This document shows, piece after piece, positions 46,680 through 60,090 of a DNA stretch of 64,000 nucleotides. Source of the DNA: the human T2T-CHM13v2.0 reference genome, Homo sapiens; the NCBI RefSeq assembly GCF_009914755.1, contig NC_060933.1; one strand, written 5' to 3'. The notes below the pieces were generated by a model that had not been told where the DNA came from, made no database searches, and worked only from the letters and a program-made list of their open reading frames with translations. The stretch's first letter is position 1; each line of letters opens with the position of its first letter. The position numbers were made by a program, and so were the translations under genes.

Positions 46680-49600
46680 CAGGTCATGGGCACACAGGTG
46701 TAAGCTTTAGCATTAAGCAATCACATGGCTCATAGAGTTCAGCCACCAGAACCCAGGGGTTGCCATTCATAGGTTAGGTAGGCTGAGGCAGAGGCAGGCT
46801 GCTCTTTCATGTCAGAAGTGAGGGAATAGCACCCTAAGTAGAAGAGACAGTATTGCAGGTGTTAAGGCAGGAAAGAACATTCCAGAAACTGAAAGGCTCA
46901 TTATGGTTCCATTGACAGTAATGAGATCAGAAGGAGTCAAGAGACACCATGATAAAGATTTTATCCTGAATGCATCAGGAGGCCCCCGAGGGGTTTTAAG
47001 CAGATGAGGGATATGGCACCATTTATGTTTTTAAAAGAATATTCTAGCTACGGTGTGAACATGGACCGGAGCCACTAGGAGGGAACGTGTGCAGATGCCC
47101 AGGGAAAACCCCTTGACCAATCACTCAACGAGCCTTCTGACTTAGGCTTGGTGCCAGGGGACAAAATGATTCCTCTGATCGTTTGGGGGAATCAAAATGG
47201 TCCCCAAAGGGGACCACCAAGGGACACCAAAATGATTCCAGCTTATCTCCTCTGTCTTCCAAGAATGCTTGGTCTGGAGAAGCAAAAACTAAACAGAGTA
47301 GTCATGCTATAATAGGGGCAATGGTGGCAGAAGGACCAGGAGGGGATCACAGGATGCTCCCCTGAGGTAGAAAGGTTTCCTTGACCAGGATCTTCAAGGG
47401 TGAATAGGAACTCTACAGGCAAATATGGAGGGAAAGGTACTCCAGGCAGAGGGACAGTGTGGAGAAAAGCACAGAGGCATGGAGCAATGCGCTACACTTA
47501 GGAAACCTGATAAGGTTCTGCATGGTGGGAGCACAGGATTGGGTGGGACTCGGGAAAAGGCAGTGGGGAGGAGGGCAGGGGCTAAGGCCCAGTACAGGTC
47601 CAGAAAGACCTTGTGCATCATCTTACAGGAACAGTACTTTCCCTCAGTGAATGGGTAGCCATGGAAAATGATTGAGCAGGAAGATTTTGCTTTTTAAATG
47701 ATACTCAAGGGGAGGACCTAGAAGGGAGAAGCGCTGAGGGTCCAATAGAAGAGAGAAGCATACGCTGTCAATCTCTAACGCAGGTGACCTGGGATCCGCT
47801 GCCAGTACAATCCCATCCTGAGCAGCTGCCCCCAGTCCCTGGCTTCTCACAAAGGCCCACACACCTGCTGAGCACGCTCAGCTTGAAACAGCCCTCTCAG
47901 TCCCAAGAACCAGAAACCAGAGAAACCCCAGAAGAGGGAGGGTCATGGGAAACCAAAAAGAAACTGTGGTGCAATCCAACCTTAGAAGAAATCAGAGAAT
48001 CCTGTGTCACTTCCACTCCATAACCCCTTCCCAGGGGAGCTCTACTGTTGGCAGAGCCCCTCCAGGCACCTGCCCCGGGACCCCATCCACATCCCTGGGG
48101 TTGTCCTGCCTACTGACCCCTCCCCTTGCTTCCCCACATCCTCTTTACCAAGCTCTGTGCGTCAGAGTGGGAAGAATACACTTTTACCCAGAAGACCAAT
48201 GGCCTGGATTCCCAAGTTCCAGCTCCCACACTTATTAACTACTCGCCATCCGTGGGCCTTAGTTTCCCCATTTACAGTCCTGCTCCCTCATAGAGAACAG
48301 ATGGAAATAGGCTTTGTAGAATAAAGAGCACCATCAAAGTGGAAGAAATCCTCTCCCCACCTCAGAAAGTATTTAAATCAACCTGATTTTAAATCAACTG
48401 CCTGATGCAGAGATGACCGTTTCCTTCAGTCCACAGCGTGGGTGCTTTGTAAGGACTGCTGTTGTAGGGACCATGGAAGTTTCCAGAAGAGCGGTTCTGA
48501 AGCTTAGGGCTCACCAGAGTTTCTCTGATGACTCCCTTTCAATTCACTGTCAACACCACTGAAGCCTCCCAAGGGGAAAGGATAGGCCAGGGTCACTTCA
48601 ACCAGGTCCCCTGGAACATAAGTGGCTATCTCTGTTTCCAATGCCAAGGACCCACCTGTATAGACAGCCCTGCCCTCCTGAGACAGAGATGGGCACAGTG
48701 AGGTGGACTGTCCCGCAAAGAGAAGGAAACAGTCAGGCATTATTTGCCCCTCAGGGTCTGGCAGGGCTAAGCCTGAGTGGGCAGAGGAGTGGGCTGGAGG
48801 CTCTGGCAGACTGGGGGGCAGTCCCTGTGGTGTGGAAGGGAGCAGGGAGTTCTCTGTGGCAGCTGGACTTACAATGAAGACATTGTTCTCTCCCTGCAAT
48901 ACATCTGTTCCCCTAAGGATGGAGGCCAGAGAAAGAGAACTGAGTCAGGGAGCATCTGCCAAGACCAGGGAAAAAGCTAGAGTGCCCATCTAGAGGAAGC
49001 GAAGTGTTGAATGCCCCCATGGCAGCCCACCCTCAGCCACCTGACAAAGGTTAGAGACACAGAGGAAAATACTGACTCCCTTCCTCCACCACACCCCGTT
49101 CTCTCTGATCCTTTCTCTTATTTCAGTCAGTAATGCCATGCTGTGCTTTGTGCTTTGCCTGCTTTTGTGATTTTAACCTTTTACTATCTAAGCATTTCTT
49201 TTACTCACTTCCCTAAGTACCTTTTTGTAACGTATTATGTTGACCTTTGAAATCAGAAAATTCATTGCTGGTGAGTTTGCACTGAAAGCTGCATCGACTC
49301 ATTACGTCAGTGATGAATCTACCTTCTGCAAAGGAATCTGATGACGTGGATCAAGAAGAATAAAAACGTCTTTCCCTTTCTGCCGAAACTCGCTCATTTG
49401 AGCATAATTACTACATGCTGGTACTCACATATCTCATGAAGTACGATATAATACAAATCAAGTTTACAGATGAGAAAACACTAGCTCAGTGACTTTAAGG
49501 AAGTTGCCCAAGATCACACAGGTAGTAGATCAGGGGTCAATCTCAAGCCTTCTGACTCTAAAGCCAGTTCTCCTTCCACAGTGCCAGCCTTTTCAGGTTA

Positions 49601-51157
49601 CCCCATAATCCTACTCCTGGGGATTCATGCTGAGAAATTTTACTTGCTAATTTTAAAATCAAAACTAAAAAAGTGTTCGCTGTGTTGTTCATTGTGATTC
49701 CAAAAACTGGAAGCAAGCTAAATATCAATTATAAAGGAAAAATGAAGCAAACTGTGACAATATTATTCAACAACAAAAATTAAAATATTATAGACTGTAG
49801 CAACATAGAAGGTTTTCATGACTGAAAAATGGGTATCTATATTATGAACATAACTGTGTTAAATTATGTAAATCACAGTAGGCAAGACACCAGGCAAAAT
49901 GAAAATACTATTTACAGGGAAGTAGAATTCTAGATACATTTTTTACAAATTTTTTTAATACCATTTTGATATCTTAACGACGTCAAACAAGTAAGTTTAT
50001 AATATCCCTGCTGGTTTTTCAGTGCCAGATGTGGGTGCTTTCCCAAATGATCTGTTCTATCTGCCGATTCAAGGAAATTTAATTTCACTCTACAGAAATA
50101 AACATACAATGTCTTTCTTTAGGATTTTTAATTCTATATTTTATATGGGATCTTTTATAATTTTTCACTTCCTCTTTTGGTACCTTAAATTACATAAAAA
50201 ATCAAGCCAATATCTGTCATTGCTCCTTGACTTTGGCAGCAATGATTGCACCATAACAACAACGTGTCATTCACCCACTCTGTGGAGAGAAGAAAAGACA
50301 ACAGAAGGCAAGAGGCATGCTGAAACGGAGCTCTCCGTGGCTCCAGCAGCAGCCGGGGGACGTGGCAGGAAAGGTGCCTGCTCTGCACAGGGCTGCCTCT
50401 CCGCACCTCCACTGCTCCCAGTGTATGAGGATTTTGAGATTTCCAGTGTTTTCATCAGGGACTGGTCACAGGGAGCTGGAATCCCCTTAAATGTTTGGGT
50501 CATGTGAGACTTGATCTTAAGATTCCTGGAGATATCTGCAACACCCCAAAAGCACAGGAAGCTCAGGCGGGCTTTGTGAGACTCAGGAAGCCAGTGATCA
50601 TCTCTTTCTTTCTCCCCCACTCTCTCTCACAGGGTACACAGCCCCGGCCACTCGCCGAGATCCTGACATTGGCAGTCTCCTGGCTTCCTCAGGCCAGCCT
50701 CTTCCCCACCCCTGCCTCGCCCCTCAGAAGGCATCAGGTTCTGTCACCATAAATGGGGGTCTGAGTCTGCCGAGAACAATGATTTAGCACAAAGAGTGCT
50801 CAGTGCAAAGTCCAAAGTGGAGGTGGGTGGATCAAGGAGGCTAATCCAAGAACACCCATTCTGTCCAAAGAAGCCAAGATCAGACTGCATAAAAAGTCAG
50901 GGCTTGAGAAAATACCCAGGGCAACAATCCAGGGAAGACAGAAAGAATATTTATCCTCAAAGTAAACAGAAAAAGGAAAATATCAGTAAATTGAACAGGG
51001 TCATGGTTTCGTGGGGGGCAAGAGTCCTCAGGGTGAGCCTGTGCTGAGGCTGTGCTTTGTGGGGATCGCCGGCCAGCTCCTCCCATGTGGTGCCCACTGG
51101 CCACCTCAGGTAGCAAAAGAAATCGGGTCCAAGAGGTCATGGCAAGAAAAAGGGAAC

Positions 51158-51462
51158 TTCCAGGCACGGTGGCTCACGCCTGTAATCCCAGCACTTTGGG
51201 AGGCCAAGGTGGGCGTATCACGAGGTCAGGAGATCTAGACCATCCTGGCTAACATGCTGAAACCCCGTCTCTACTAAAAATACAATAACTTAGCCGGGCG
51301 TGGTGGTGGGCACCTGTAGTCGCAGCTACTCGGGAGGCTGAGGCAGGAGAATGGCGTGAACCCAGGAGGCGGAGCTTGCAGTGAGCCCAGATCTCGCCAC
51401 TGCACTTCCAGCCTGGGCAACAGAGCGAGACTCTGTCTCAAGAAAAAGAAAAAAGAAAAATA
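51158..51462 (+). mobile_element. AluY
   Basis: gaatggcgtgaacc; TSD-like aaagggaac. Confidence 0.9.
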
Positions 51463-51654
51463 AAGGGAACCGTGGGTGTTTACTGGGCAGCATCAAATGA
51501 GCAAAGATAGCAGAATTGCAGGTTAGGAAACCTGACTGTCACTAATTTGCCAAGTAGCAAATTGAGTAAACCATTCTCTTCTTTGGGCCTCAGTTTCCCC
51601 ATTTACAATGTGAAGAGATTGGACTGAAGAACCTTCCAGCAATGGCCCTTGAAG

Positions 51655-52305
51655 CAGTGGTGTGCTCAAGTAATTTTTACTGGCTTGTGAAAACCAATTG
51701 TTAAATTGGGGGGAATTTTGTGAGGCTGGAGTTAAGCACATCCATTAGAAAAAATAAATATAAATATGCATTTTAAAATTAAAAACTAGATGTAAACATA
51801 CATTTACAATTAAATACATTACACCAAAAACCAACAGTAAATGTGCTCAAATTCCTTACTTCCTAATTATTTTACTACGGTTCACTATTATCTATGCCAG
51901 GGGTCAGTGAAATTTTCTGTAAAGGGACAGGTAATATTTTAGGCTTTGAGGGACACAGACAATCTCTGTCACACTGTTGTGTGTTTTTTTAACCTTTTTA
52001 AAATATAAAAACCAATCTTAGCTCACGGGCTGCACAAAAACAAGCCACAGGTCAGATCTGACCTACAGGCTGTAATTTGCCAACCGCTGATCTCTGCCTG
52101 AAGGTTATTTACATGCATTTCACCTGTACTACGGAAGCCCTGTATAATTGTGTGCTGTTTGGAATCTTTCCCCAACTGTGTGTTGGGATATCGTGTTAGT
52201 AGCTTAAAGTCGGCCGTGGTGGGAGTCTTCACACAATGGAAATGGGCAAACATTGCAAAAGCAGGTGCTCTTTCCTGAAGGGTCAGTTATTACAACATTT
52301 ACCAG
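51655..52305 (+). mobile_element. MER63-like hAT element with a nested MER58
   Basis: Starts cagtggtgtgct...ccaattgttaaatt and resumes after 52097. Confidence 0.65.
51898..52089 (+). mobile_element. MER58-family MITE nested in MER63
   Basis: TIRs caggggtcag / ccaaccgctg; 8-bp TSD atct[a/c]tgc. Confidence 0.8.
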
Positions 52306-53714
52306 CCCTCCACTGTCCCAAAGTCACAATAGAGAGAATCTTAGAAGCAGAAAGTGCTTTCTTTCCCAGCTCACCCAGGAAGCCCAGGCAGGACAGCAGA
52401 ATGGAAAGGGAAACTCTAGGCCATGGAGTCAGAGGAAGAGCAAGACTGAGGGACACCCTACCCTACACACCTAGACACAGCCTGATCCACAGGTGATCCT
52501 TTGTGACCACCTCACATTTCAGGTTCACTTTTTTATGCCCGAAGTTTATGCTATTTTTCTCTTCTGTCACTTTGAAAAGGCTGTTTCTATCTTCGCTGCT
52601 GCCCTCGGTAGTAACAGAGCAGCTGAGGTCTGCTCAGAAGTCGCCAGGGACAGACACTGTACAAAGGGGTCACAGCTGCAAGGGAGACGAAGGGAAAGGC
52701 AGCCTTGTGTGGAGCAGCCACATCTGCTATTCTGGGGTGGAGTGAGTTGGGGCTTCTCCTAAAATAGAACAATAACGTGCAGGTCTAGACTAAGCAGCAA
52801 TTTTGGTTTTAGGGAAAGCTGATACCCAGCAGGATGAGAATAACTCTGAGAAAGTTTGTTTTCAGCAATTTGGGCTCAATTAGGCAGGAAAAGTGCCTGG
52901 TAAGAAACACAGATACAACCAAAACCAGGAGGAGGCCTTTGGGGCATTTACGAGGGGACCCTCCCAGGAATTCCCAGACAGCAAGCAGCAGCAATGTTGC
53001 CTCTGCTGCTGAAGAAACGAGTCGCAGCCTTAACTCCGGTGGAAGAAGTGGTCTCTGTGCCCTATCCCTCTCCTGGACCAAAGGAAAATCCACCCCGGAC
53101 ACATACACTGCCTCTCACCCGCCCGCTCTGCTTCTCCCAGCTGACCGTCGTTAGGAAAACAGACGGAAACCAGGAAGAAGTCGTACTGTTCCCAATCCCC
53201 AGTTGTCTAATCCAAACAACACAAAATACTGGGGAAGGAGGGGACAAGAGAGCAAGGTTTGGTGGGGGAGAGAGATGCACACAGAAGTGGTTATGGACAG
53301 CTGCTTAGGAAAAGGGATCCTTTAACTAACCCTCGAAGGAATAAGCAAAGAATGAAAGGAAAGGGCATTTAAGGAGCACAAAAATGCTAGATGTGGCTGT
53401 TACACGTCAAGGCATTCTAACTCATTAGACATCAGAGAAATTCAAGTTAAGAACCACAGTGAGAGGCAAGAAGCCACAAAAGAACATTACTTCCCTTCTA
53501 TCAACAAGAAAAAAAGCCAGACAATAGACAGTCCTAACTTCCTTTAACCCATCAGAGAGCCGAGATTACAAGGCAATCAGGAGAACTGAATTCCAGAGTG
53601 ACAAGCCCCTCCATAGAGACAGAATATACATACTCTCCCACCTTTGCCAGAGCCTCTTTGGAGAAAGCGGTGGCTGCATATGAAAGAAGAAGAGCTAACA
53701 CTGTAACAAGTTCT

Positions 53715-53912
53715 TTTTTTAAAATTGATACATAATTATTGTTCATATTTCTGGGGTACTTGTGATATTCTGAATACACATATACAACATGATCAAACCA
53801 GGGTAATTCGAATACCCATCACCTCAAACAGTTGTCATTTCTTTGTGTTGAGAACATTCAAAATCTTCTCTTCCAGCTATTTTGAAATATACAATAAATT
53901 ATTCATTATAAC
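53715..53912 (-). mobile_element. L1MA 3' end fragment
   Basis: ttgatacataat...atcacctcaaaca...ccagctattttgaaatatacaataaatt. Confidence 0.8.
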
Positions 53913-54379
53913 AGATCTGAAAAGCCCAGTGTGGGTGGGTGTGACAATTGAGAATCCCCGGGAGCCCAGACACAGGAGATCATACTCCCAGCTCTTTTCC
54001 ACAACCCCTACCAGGTGCTCAGAAGAAAGACTGGGCCAGGCAGAAGAGCCAAGAGAGCCCTTGCTGGCCCATAGGCATGAAACCCCACCCATTTTCCAGA
54101 ACTTTTCCTTATAAGAACCCAAAGCCTTAAGGGTAGAAGCAGGCTACCCTCCCACTCCCAAGGCCTAAGCAAAGACCCACTGTCTGGAGAAGGGATAGAA
54201 ACTAAGCCACCTGCCCCTGGATAAGGGATAGAAACCAGGCCACCTGACCCTGGAGGAGAAGGAGAAAATCTCTCTGCTCTATTATGAGCCTTACACCAAG
54301 TAACAAGCCACAGCCATTTCCTGTGGGGGGAGGAGGAGAAACTCCCCCACGACTGGTCTTAGAAAAGGAGCTATTGCTC

Positions 54380-55060
54380 CATACTCCACCAGAATGGCTA
54401 AAATTAGTAAAACTGATGATGCCAAGGATTGGCAAGGACATAGAGCAACAGGAACTCTCGTATGCTTCTGGTAGCAGTTTGAATTGGTGCAACCACTTGG
54501 GAAAACTATTTGGCAGTACCTACTAACTAAAGTGAAGCATGTGCATATCCCAGGATCCAGCAATTCCACTTCTAGGTATATATCCAAGTGAAATGAGTAC
54601 ACATGAGGCCCAAAAGACTTACAAAAGAAGATTCGTGGCAGAACTACTTGAAATAGCTCCAAACTGTAAACAACATAATAATCAACAGTATTATGTATAA
54701 ATTGTATAATTATATTCTCTTCACACAATGTAATAACTACTATACAACAATGATAATAGACAAACTACTGCTACCTGCAACATGAGTAAATCTAGCCAAC
54801 ATGTTGAACAAAAGAATCCAGTTGAAAAAGAATCCATGAACTCACTTATATGAAGTTCAAAAACAGGCAAAAGTAACATATGATGATGAAAATCAGACAG
54901 CAACTATCCTTTGGAGGGTAGTTACTGGAAAGGGGGGGGTGGAGGATTCTAGGGTCTTGGCAATGTCCTACTTCTTGATCTGGCCCACATTGTGAAAATT
55001 CATCAAGCTGTACCTTCATTATTTGAGTTTTTTTACTTCAATGTTATACTTCAAATAAAA
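54380..55060 (+). mobile_element. L1ME/MD-type 3' region
   Basis: ccaccagaatggctaaaatt...ccagcaattccacttctaggtatatatcc...gtgaaaattcatcaagctgtac. Confidence 0.75.
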
Positions 55061-55237
55061 AGAACAGGTTACTTTAAAGAGAAGTGCATAGTACGATGAG
55101 AAACAAATAAGTCAGCCAAGCCAAAGTCATGAGAAGACAAAAGACAGGTAGGGTAGCTAGAATATGGAAGGACCTCTTGAGTCCCAGACCAAGAGGTTTA
55201 GCCTTTGTTCCACTGGCAAAAAAGTGCCACCAAAGGC

Positions 55238-55765
55238 TTTTTAAAAAATAAGTATAGATTCATACGCAGTTGTAAGAAATAATACAGAAAAATCCTTCAT
55301 CCAGTCTGCCACAATGTTGATATCTTACAGTACAGTATTAGAGCCATAAAATTGTCATTGATGCAAACCACCCACCTTATGCAAATTCTACCAGTTTTAC
55401 ATGCACTCACATGTGTGTGCGTGTTCAGTTCTATGCAATTTTATCACAGGTGTAGATTCCTATGACTGCCACCACAGTCAAGATACAGAATAGTTCCATC
55501 TCAGGGATCCCTAGTGCTACCACCCTTTTATAGAACCATTAAACAAAGAGTGGTACATCTAAACATGGAATACTACTCAGCAATAAAAGGGAATCAACTA
55601 TTAATACATGCAACAACTCCAACGGATCTCAAGGACGTTATGTTGAGTGAAAGCCAATCTCAAAGGATTACGTAATGTATCATTCCATTTATATGCCATT
55701 CTTGAAATGACAAAATTATAGTTACAAAACAGATGAGTAGTTACCAGAGCTTAGGGAAGGGAGAA
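55238..55765. mobile_element. Two L1M fragments in opposite orientations (minus ~55238-55530, plus ~55545-55765)
   Basis: gttgtaagaaataatacaga...ccaccacagtcaagatacagaa, then atggaatactactcagcaataaaa...ttccatttatatgccattcttgaaatgacaaaattata. Confidence 0.65.
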
Positions 55766-57744
55766 GGGAGGGAAGTAGCTATGGCAGATGAGGGACATGA
55801 ATAACACAAACCAGAGAATCCAGCTTATTCCAAGTGCAACGCTGCTTTCCCAAAACTTCAATCCTCACCCTTCAACCTTACTACCCTACCGCATCCCACT
55901 GCCACCCCTAGCAGCTGCCTCTTGCTGCTTTAATATCTAGTAAATTAGCAATGGCTTGGGCCTTAATGAAAGGACCCTATTGATAATGGACCCTCCCTAC
56001 TGGCATCCCAATAGGGTGTCATCTGTCCAGTGGAAAAGGGAGCTTGCCCCTGCATTCTGTGACTCCTTTTCATTCTCTTGAAGACCTCCTGGAAGAGCTG
56101 AGAGCCCTTTGACATACTTAATGCATGAGCTGTCTTGTGAGCTTGGGAGGATTACTTGGCTTTTTTTTTTTTTTTCTCTTGCTTCTGTTTCTTCCCTAGA
56201 TGTAATTCTATTAAACAGCTTTAAAAATAAATATGTTGCTGTGGGAGGTTGAGTGAGGGGGTAGTTAGTATGACATTTCTGTTATTTTGAAATTAGACCC
56301 ATGGGAAGCCTCCAGGCACACAGTAAAGTCTGACATAATCCACTTACAAAGGAGATTAAGGATGCTGATGAGCTCACACAGGCAACTCCCTGATGTACTC
56401 ACGGATGGTACAACTGAGCCCCAGGAGCCAAATAAGAAGAGAAGGTGCATTTCACAAATGCACACCAGGGAGATAAATCCATGCCCTGTAGAGAGGTGCA
56501 CCATGCCTCAGCAACAACCAGTCCCTGAATAAAACTTCAAATGGACTGAGAGGCTGTGAGCCAGACCCTGCAGTTCTGGCTGCACATACATCTCTGTAGA
56601 ATGGAGACTACCTTTGAGATGGGGGGAAGGGCTTCTCAGATGAGGGACATTTGAGCTGAGCCGAAAGAATGAGTCACTTGCCAGGCAGTAGTTCGGAGTG
56701 GGGAGTGGTATTCCACACAAGGGGAACAGCATGAGAAAAGGGGCTGGCTGGCATGGGGCAGGGAGACTTGGAGCAGTCTGGTGTGACTGGGAAGTACGAC
56801 ATGCTGGGGGAAGTAGGGGAAATTGAAATCAGTGGAGGGCTTGCCTGTTATGAAGAATTCGGCCTTTAAGCATGAGCAGTTTTGAAAGCACCGGTGTGAC
56901 ATGGGATTTTAGAAAGATGACTCAAGTGGCCCTGTGCGAGCAGATACATTGCAGAGGCGAGCCTCTGGTCTGAGAGAGGTGAGGAGCCCCCTGCCTCCTC
57001 TCATCCTCCTCATTAATGAGAATGAGACAAAGCTCCAGCTTCCTGGGAGATTTACATGTTAAGGTGGTTTGGCGGGAAGTGCTGCCTTCTCGTGTTAAGA
57101 CGGGACTTGTCAGAACAAGCACCTGGCTTTGGCTGATGAAAAAAATAAGCAAGCACAGTTTTAATTGCACACAGTTTTAAGAGGGGTGGGGGCTCCCAGC
57201 TTGAGGCTGCAAGATGCAGGCCTTCCTGAGTCTATACAGTGAACCATCAGTGGGCCACAAGGGTGCCTTGAGAAAGAGCCAGTGCTGAGCCCAGTGCTGG
57301 GTAGTCGGGATGTCTGGCTTATCCAACAGAGGGGAAGCAGCCTGATGGTGTCTATATGGAGGACTGTCTAAGGAGCCTCCTGGAAAGGGATATATCCTAA
57401 GGGAAGGAAGAGCCTATTAGGCTCTAAGGGTGGGATACAATCTCTTAATTCTGAGTTCAGGGAGGTATCTGCCTATCCAATTTGTCTCTTGACTCAGCTT
57501 CCATTGGGTTCATGTCAGAGTGCCCAGTGGAGCAAGAGGCTATAAGTAAAAACAGAAACACCTTGGGACTGGGGCAGCCCTCCTTTGGGGACCCTCTAAC
57601 AGAATGTGGCAAAGATGAAGGAAACAGTCTTCCTCCACACACCTGACACCTGAGGGCTTGGGATGGCAACGGTAAGGAACTTCAGGAGAATTACAGCCAT
57701 TTACAGACCAGCACAGAGCAGAACAGCATTTCAGCCATACCTAC

Positions 57745-58095
57745 TGTCGTAGTCTGTTCAGGCTACTATAACAAAAATGCCATGAGCCAGGTGGCTTATA
57801 AATAACAATTATTTCTCACAGCTCTGGAGGTTGGGAAGTCCAAGATCAAGGTGCCCGCAGAGTCAATGTCTGGTGAGGGCCTGTTTGCTTCCTCATAGAC
57901 AGCACCTTCTGTGTTCTTACATGGTAGAAGGGGTGAGGGTCTCTCTAGAGCCTCTTTTATAAGGGCACTAATACCATTCATGAGGACTCCCTTCTCATGA
58001 CTAATCACCTCCCAAAGGCCCCAGCCCCTAATACTTTCACCTTGGGAGTTAGGATTGCAACCTATGAATTTGAGAGTGGGGCACAAACAGTCCAC
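57745..58095 (-). mobile_element. MLT1A0-like MaLR LTR
   Basis: tagtctgttcaggctactataacaaaa...gggaagtccaagatcaagg...ctaatcacctcccaaaggcc. Confidence 0.85.
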
Positions 58096-59423
58096 AGCAC
58101 CTGCCCTACAGCAGCAAAGCCCACCAGTGAGACAGCCACACCCTGCAATCCTCTATGGTGGCCTGGTATGGACATGGGAACAGCAGACACACTCTGAGCT
58201 CATGGGAAACATGCCTTAAAGAGTTGCTGGGGGCCCAGCTAAAACCTCTGCATGAGCGGTCAGGGCCAAGGATTTGTGTCACATGCTCAGTGCAAAGGCA
58301 GCACTGTCTCCTGAAGTTCTCATTTGTCAAGTTCTGAACGACTGTTGTCAATAGAATGAAATACCAATAATCTTGAGACAGTCAAATGTTAAAGCCAAAT
58401 TAGAATTTCAGTAAAGCAGGCAAAATACTTTCAAGACTGCACCCTCTACCACAATTTGACATTATCTCCTTTGAGCATAATAAGCCAGAGTGGCAGATAT
58501 TTGTGTGATGATTCTCCCAGTGTTCCTACTGTTCCCTGTTATGTAAATGCTTCCAAATGCCTCTCTTATTTACCTACATCCCTTCTTAGGAACCAATCTG
58601 GCCTATATGCAAACATTTAGATAATTTGGGATTTTCAAGCACATGGTCATGATTCATCTTAGAATAACAAGTGTCAAGACCAAGGCCTTGGACATGATAG
58701 CAGAAGAGATTTTGTTTAACGGGTTGCCATGATGGGGGAAGATCAAGAGACTGAAAGCCATCTAGAAGTGATTGTCATCTGAGCTATTATAAAGTCTGTG
58801 AATATATCCAATATCCCAATCCATCCTCAACTAAGATAGGCCCTATATAAGATAGACCATGTGACCAATAAAATATCCTAAGACTTTCTGCTAAGACTCT
58901 CTCCTCCACGTTACTTTGATTATAACTGCAATTCCAAGACCATCCATCAATAAGCTGGGCCTTTGGGATCCCAAAGTGATGCTTCCCTTCCAGTCCCACA
59001 CTGAAAACTATGCCACAAACACAAAACCCAAATACTGCTGGGCTAAATCAATAGACTGGTACAAATTGGCCTTTTTTCTTTTCCTCAAACATGCTAAGTT
59101 CTTCCCCTTGCCTTCTCATATTGTTCTTTTTTACTGGAACACTCTGAACCCAGATCGTTGCACAGCCACCAATTTAGCATTCAAGATCACTTCAAAAGTC
59201 ACCTCCTCAAAGCACAGAGCTGCCTCTAGAGGATTGACAATGTCCCATTTCTTGATATGGGGGATGGTTATGGGTGTGTTCACTTGGCAAAAATTCTTCA
59301 AGTTATACATTTATGACTTGTGCACTTTTTTTATATGTGATATACTTCAGTGAAAAGTTTCTTTTACAAAATTAGTCACCTCATCAGAGAAGGCTTCCCT
59401 GACCACCACATGCTCCCCACCCT

Positions 59424-60090
59424 CGTCAGATGCATTCTAACCAGAGCAACTCCATCTTGAATAGGGGCTGGGTAAAATGAGGCTGAGAACTACTGGGCTG
59501 CATTCCCAGGAGGTTAGGCATTCTTAGTCATAGAATGGGATAGCAAGTTGGCAGGACTGGTATCACAAGATTCAGGTCACAAAGACCCTGCTGATAAAAC
59601 AGGATACAGGGAAAAAAAAAAAAAAAAAAAAAAAAAAAAGCCAGTCCAAACCCACAAAAATCCAGATGGCAATGAAAGTGAACTCTGGTCATTCTCACTG
59701 CTCATTATACACTAATTATAATGCATTAGCATCCTAAAAGACACTCCCACCAGCACCATGACCATTTACAAATGCTGTGGCAACATTAAGAAGTTACCCC
59801 ATATAGTCTAAGAAGGGGAGGACCCTCACTTCTAGAAAATCTCTGTCCCTTTCCCAGAAAACTCATGAATAATCTACCCCTTGTTTAACATATAAGAAAT
59901 ATCTATAAGTGTATTCAGTCAAGCAGTCCATGCCACTGCTATACCTATGGAGTAGCCATTCTTTAAGAAAGTGAAGCTTTCTTAATAAACTTGCTTTCGC
60001 TTTACTCTATGGGCTTGCCCCAAATTCATTCTTTCAAGAGGTCCAAGAATGTTCTCTTGGGATCTGGATCAGGACTCCTTTCCGGTAACA
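59424..60090 (+). mobile_element. MER41B-like ERV1 solo LTR
   Basis: accagagcaactccatcttgaataggggctgggtaaaatgaggctgag...aataaacttgct...ccggtaaca; retains the segment that carries GAS motifs. Confidence 0.88.

Noticed and set aside
47200-47218. Hairpin tggtcccc-aaa-ggggacca as a terminator or ncRNA
   Set aside because: An 8-bp stem is expected by chance in 64 kb and has no supporting context.
50022-50752. Overlapping 85-161 aa ORFs on both strands
   Set aside because: No recognisable domain or family resemblance, and some start at non-ATG codons. Only the splice-site observations were kept.
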